A DNA stretch of 63,918 bases, from positions 1-63,918 of the forward strand of contig CASFOW010000035.1 of the NCBI GenBank assembly GCA_949296705.1, read 5' to 3'. Origin of the DNA: an uncultured bacterium. Its GTDB lineage: Bacteria; Bacillota_I; Bacilli_A; RF39; UBA660. Positions 62,125 to 63,918 of the stretch are shown here, piece by piece (positions within the stretch are counted from its first letter, which is position 1; the number at the start of each line of letters is the position of its first letter). The translations under genes were made by a program, and so were the position numbers. The notes beneath the pieces were generated by a model. That model saw only the letters and a program-made list of their open reading frames with translations, searched no databases and was not told the origin of the DNA.

Positions 62125-63504
62125 ATGAATTATGATAAAATTTTTGAGAACTTTTTAGATCAAGTTCAAAAAGAAGGAACCTATGCAACTCGTGAAGAAT
62201 TAGCTGAAGCAACCAAGAAGATGTTAGAAATTATTAAGGCTAATAAAGATGCTACTCCAGAGGAATTAGTTGAAGCAGTTATTAAAGACAATGTAAAATT
62301 CTTAGAAGAAATGAGAAACACTTATCCTGTTCCTGGATATACAGTAGGCATGAAGGTTGGAAATATTAATGTAAAATTATACGGTGGTTACATGGATGAA
62401 ACCAGTCGCCAAATGTCAGAAAACGCTTTATTTGATATCGCATCTGTAACGAAGTTATATACCCAAATTATTGCCTATAACTTAATTAAAGAAGGATGTT
62501 TTTCTTACCAAGACAAAATTAAAGATTTAGATTCTCGTTTTACTCAAGTAGGTGATTTAACAGTAGGTGATGTTCTAACTTTCACAACAGAATTTAAAAC
62601 GAATGGCCGACTTTCTGATAAACAAACAATTAGTGAAGCTAAGGATTGTCTATACAACATGAATGTAGTCGCAACAGGAAAATACAATTACAATGATATG
62701 GGTATGATGCTGATGAAAGAAGTCATGGAAAAGGTAACTGGAAAAAGTTATGAAACTTTACTAAAAGAATATATTACAGATAAATTATCATTAAAAAATA
62801 CCCATTTAGTTTTACCATCATCTAAAATAGAATATTTAACGGGTACACCAAATGCCCAATACGGAATGGTTAATGATCCTAGCGCCTTATCTGTAGGTGG
62901 GTATAGTGGACATGCCGGAATTAAAGTAACAAGCGATGATTTGATTAGTCTTGGAGAAGGCTTCTTAACTGGGACAATATTTCCAAAAGAAAATCAAAAA
63001 GATGCCTATACCCCAGGAATAACCATTAATCCTGAAGGAGGAAAAGTCAACAGAGGGATTATGGGGAATACTTATACCTCACACGAAAAAGGCTTAGCCA
63101 TTACTTACGTGGATAAATTAAGCCCTATTCAAAGCTTCGTTTCTCAAGGTAGTACTAGAACCCAGATTACAGTTGGGCCAGATGCTATTAGTACGATTTT
63201 ACTTAACCCAAGTTCAATGGGAATAGAAAGAGCTAAGGAAGAAGAAGCAAAGATTAATCTAGCTCGTCAGGAAAAAGGTCAAGCTCCATTATCCCTAGTT
63301 AAAGAATTCACCTTTGAACGAAATGGAAATAAAGTAAAATACCAATTAATTGATGCTAGACAGATGGCACCAGATAGTAAAACAATGGAACCTATTATCA
63401 CAATGAACGCTATTACAAGTTTACGTCTTAGATTCCTAAATGAAGTAATTAAAGAATACGATCATAATTATCAAAAAGAAATCAATATCAATTATCATAA
63501 ATAA
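62125..63504 (+). CDS. Serine hydrolase, beta-lactamase/class C-like family
   Basis: FDIASVTK (SxxK), YNYND (variant YxN), G.VNDP.A...GG.SGHAG. No signal peptide. Confidence 0.8.
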   Translation: MNYDKIFENFLDQVQKEGTYATREELAEATKKMLEIIKANKDATPEELVEAVIKDNVKFLEEMRNTYPVPGYTVGMKVGNINVKLYGGYMDETSRQMSENALFDIASVTKLYTQIIAYNLIKEGCFSYQDKIKDLDSRFTQVGDLTVGDVLTFTTEFKTNGRLSDKQTISEAKDCLYNMNVVATGKYNYNDMGMMLMKEVMEKVTGKSYETLLKEYITDKLSLKNTHLVLPSSKIEYLTGTPNAQYGMVNDPSALSVGGYSGHAGIKVTSDDLISLGEGFLTGTIFPKENQKDAYTPGITINPEGGKVNRGIMGNTYTSHEKGLAITYVDKLSPIQSFVSQGSTRTQITVGPDAISTILLNPSSMGIERAKEEEAKINLARQEKGQAPLSLVKEFTFERNGNKVKYQLIDARQMAPDSKTMEPIITMNAITSLRLRFLNEVIKEYDHNYQKEININYHK

Positions 63505-63512
63505 AATAGAAA

Positions 63513-63553
63513 AAGAAAATACCATTCTTCAATAATGAGGTTGGTATTTTTTT
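63513..63553 (+). terminator. Intrinsic terminator
   Basis: AAAATACCA...TGGTATTTT followed by a T-run. Confidence 0.7.
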
Positions 63554-63918
63554 AAATTTTTCCATAATTAGTTTTAATAACCAAAGAATATGATATACTA
63601 AACTGAGAAATTATATGAGGTGATAAAAGTGAAGTGCCTTTTTTATATAATAAGAAAGTCATACCTGAATTGTTATCACAAACAACTGTACGTATTATGT
63701 AGTATGTAACCACAAAAACCGAGATAATATATCTCGTTTCAATTAAATAACAAATTAATTTTAACCTTTATAAATGAGATGATATCCTCTTTTAGAATGA
63801 TAATCTAAAGGAACACATTTATCATATTTACACTTTCCACAGATAATATATGGAGGAGTAGAAATAGGCAATCCATTCCATTCATCCTCTTGTTCAAATT
63901 CTAAAACGGCTTCAATAG

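Overview
This is the AT-rich chromosomal replication-origin region of a low-GC Firmicute with Bacilli-type gene order. The apparently reduced gene content resembles uncultured gut Bacilli such as RF39, which is inference only. Gene orientation flips at a bipartite oriC flanking dnaA (~28.1 and ~29.7 kb). The left arm carries dnaA-dnaN-comK-recF-gyrB-gyrA, SRP RNA, tadA-dnaX-ebfC-recR-bofA-holB-ricT-trmN6-rsmI-pth-mfd, spoVT, a Met T-box-dut-metG unit, tatD and rsmA. The right arm carries rpmH-rnpA-yidC-jag-mnmE-mnmG-rsmG, an inserted three-domain thymidylate synthase-like gene, noc-parA-parB, ychF, rpsF-ssb-rpsR, a truncated gdpP, rplI-dnaB, an M23 peptidase, yycJ-rlmH, ung, gerQ, a class A PBP, argS, rpoE and pta. 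The most striking feature is a 1.3-kb non-coding array between gyrA and the SRP RNA. It holds six copies of a 45-bp module (parS, a DnaA-box-like 9-mer, and a Noc-binding site) with invariant 29-bp parS-to-NBS spacing, plus a seventh lone parS. The modules form a ~628-bp higher-order repeat bracketed by perfect DnaA boxes. The same window encodes a Noc-type ParB paralogue that lacks the N-terminal membrane-targeting helix and has a long disordered linker. Together these suggest an undescribed composite ParB/Noc(/DnaA) centromere-like system. No rRNA, tRNA, CRISPR array or transposase was recognised.
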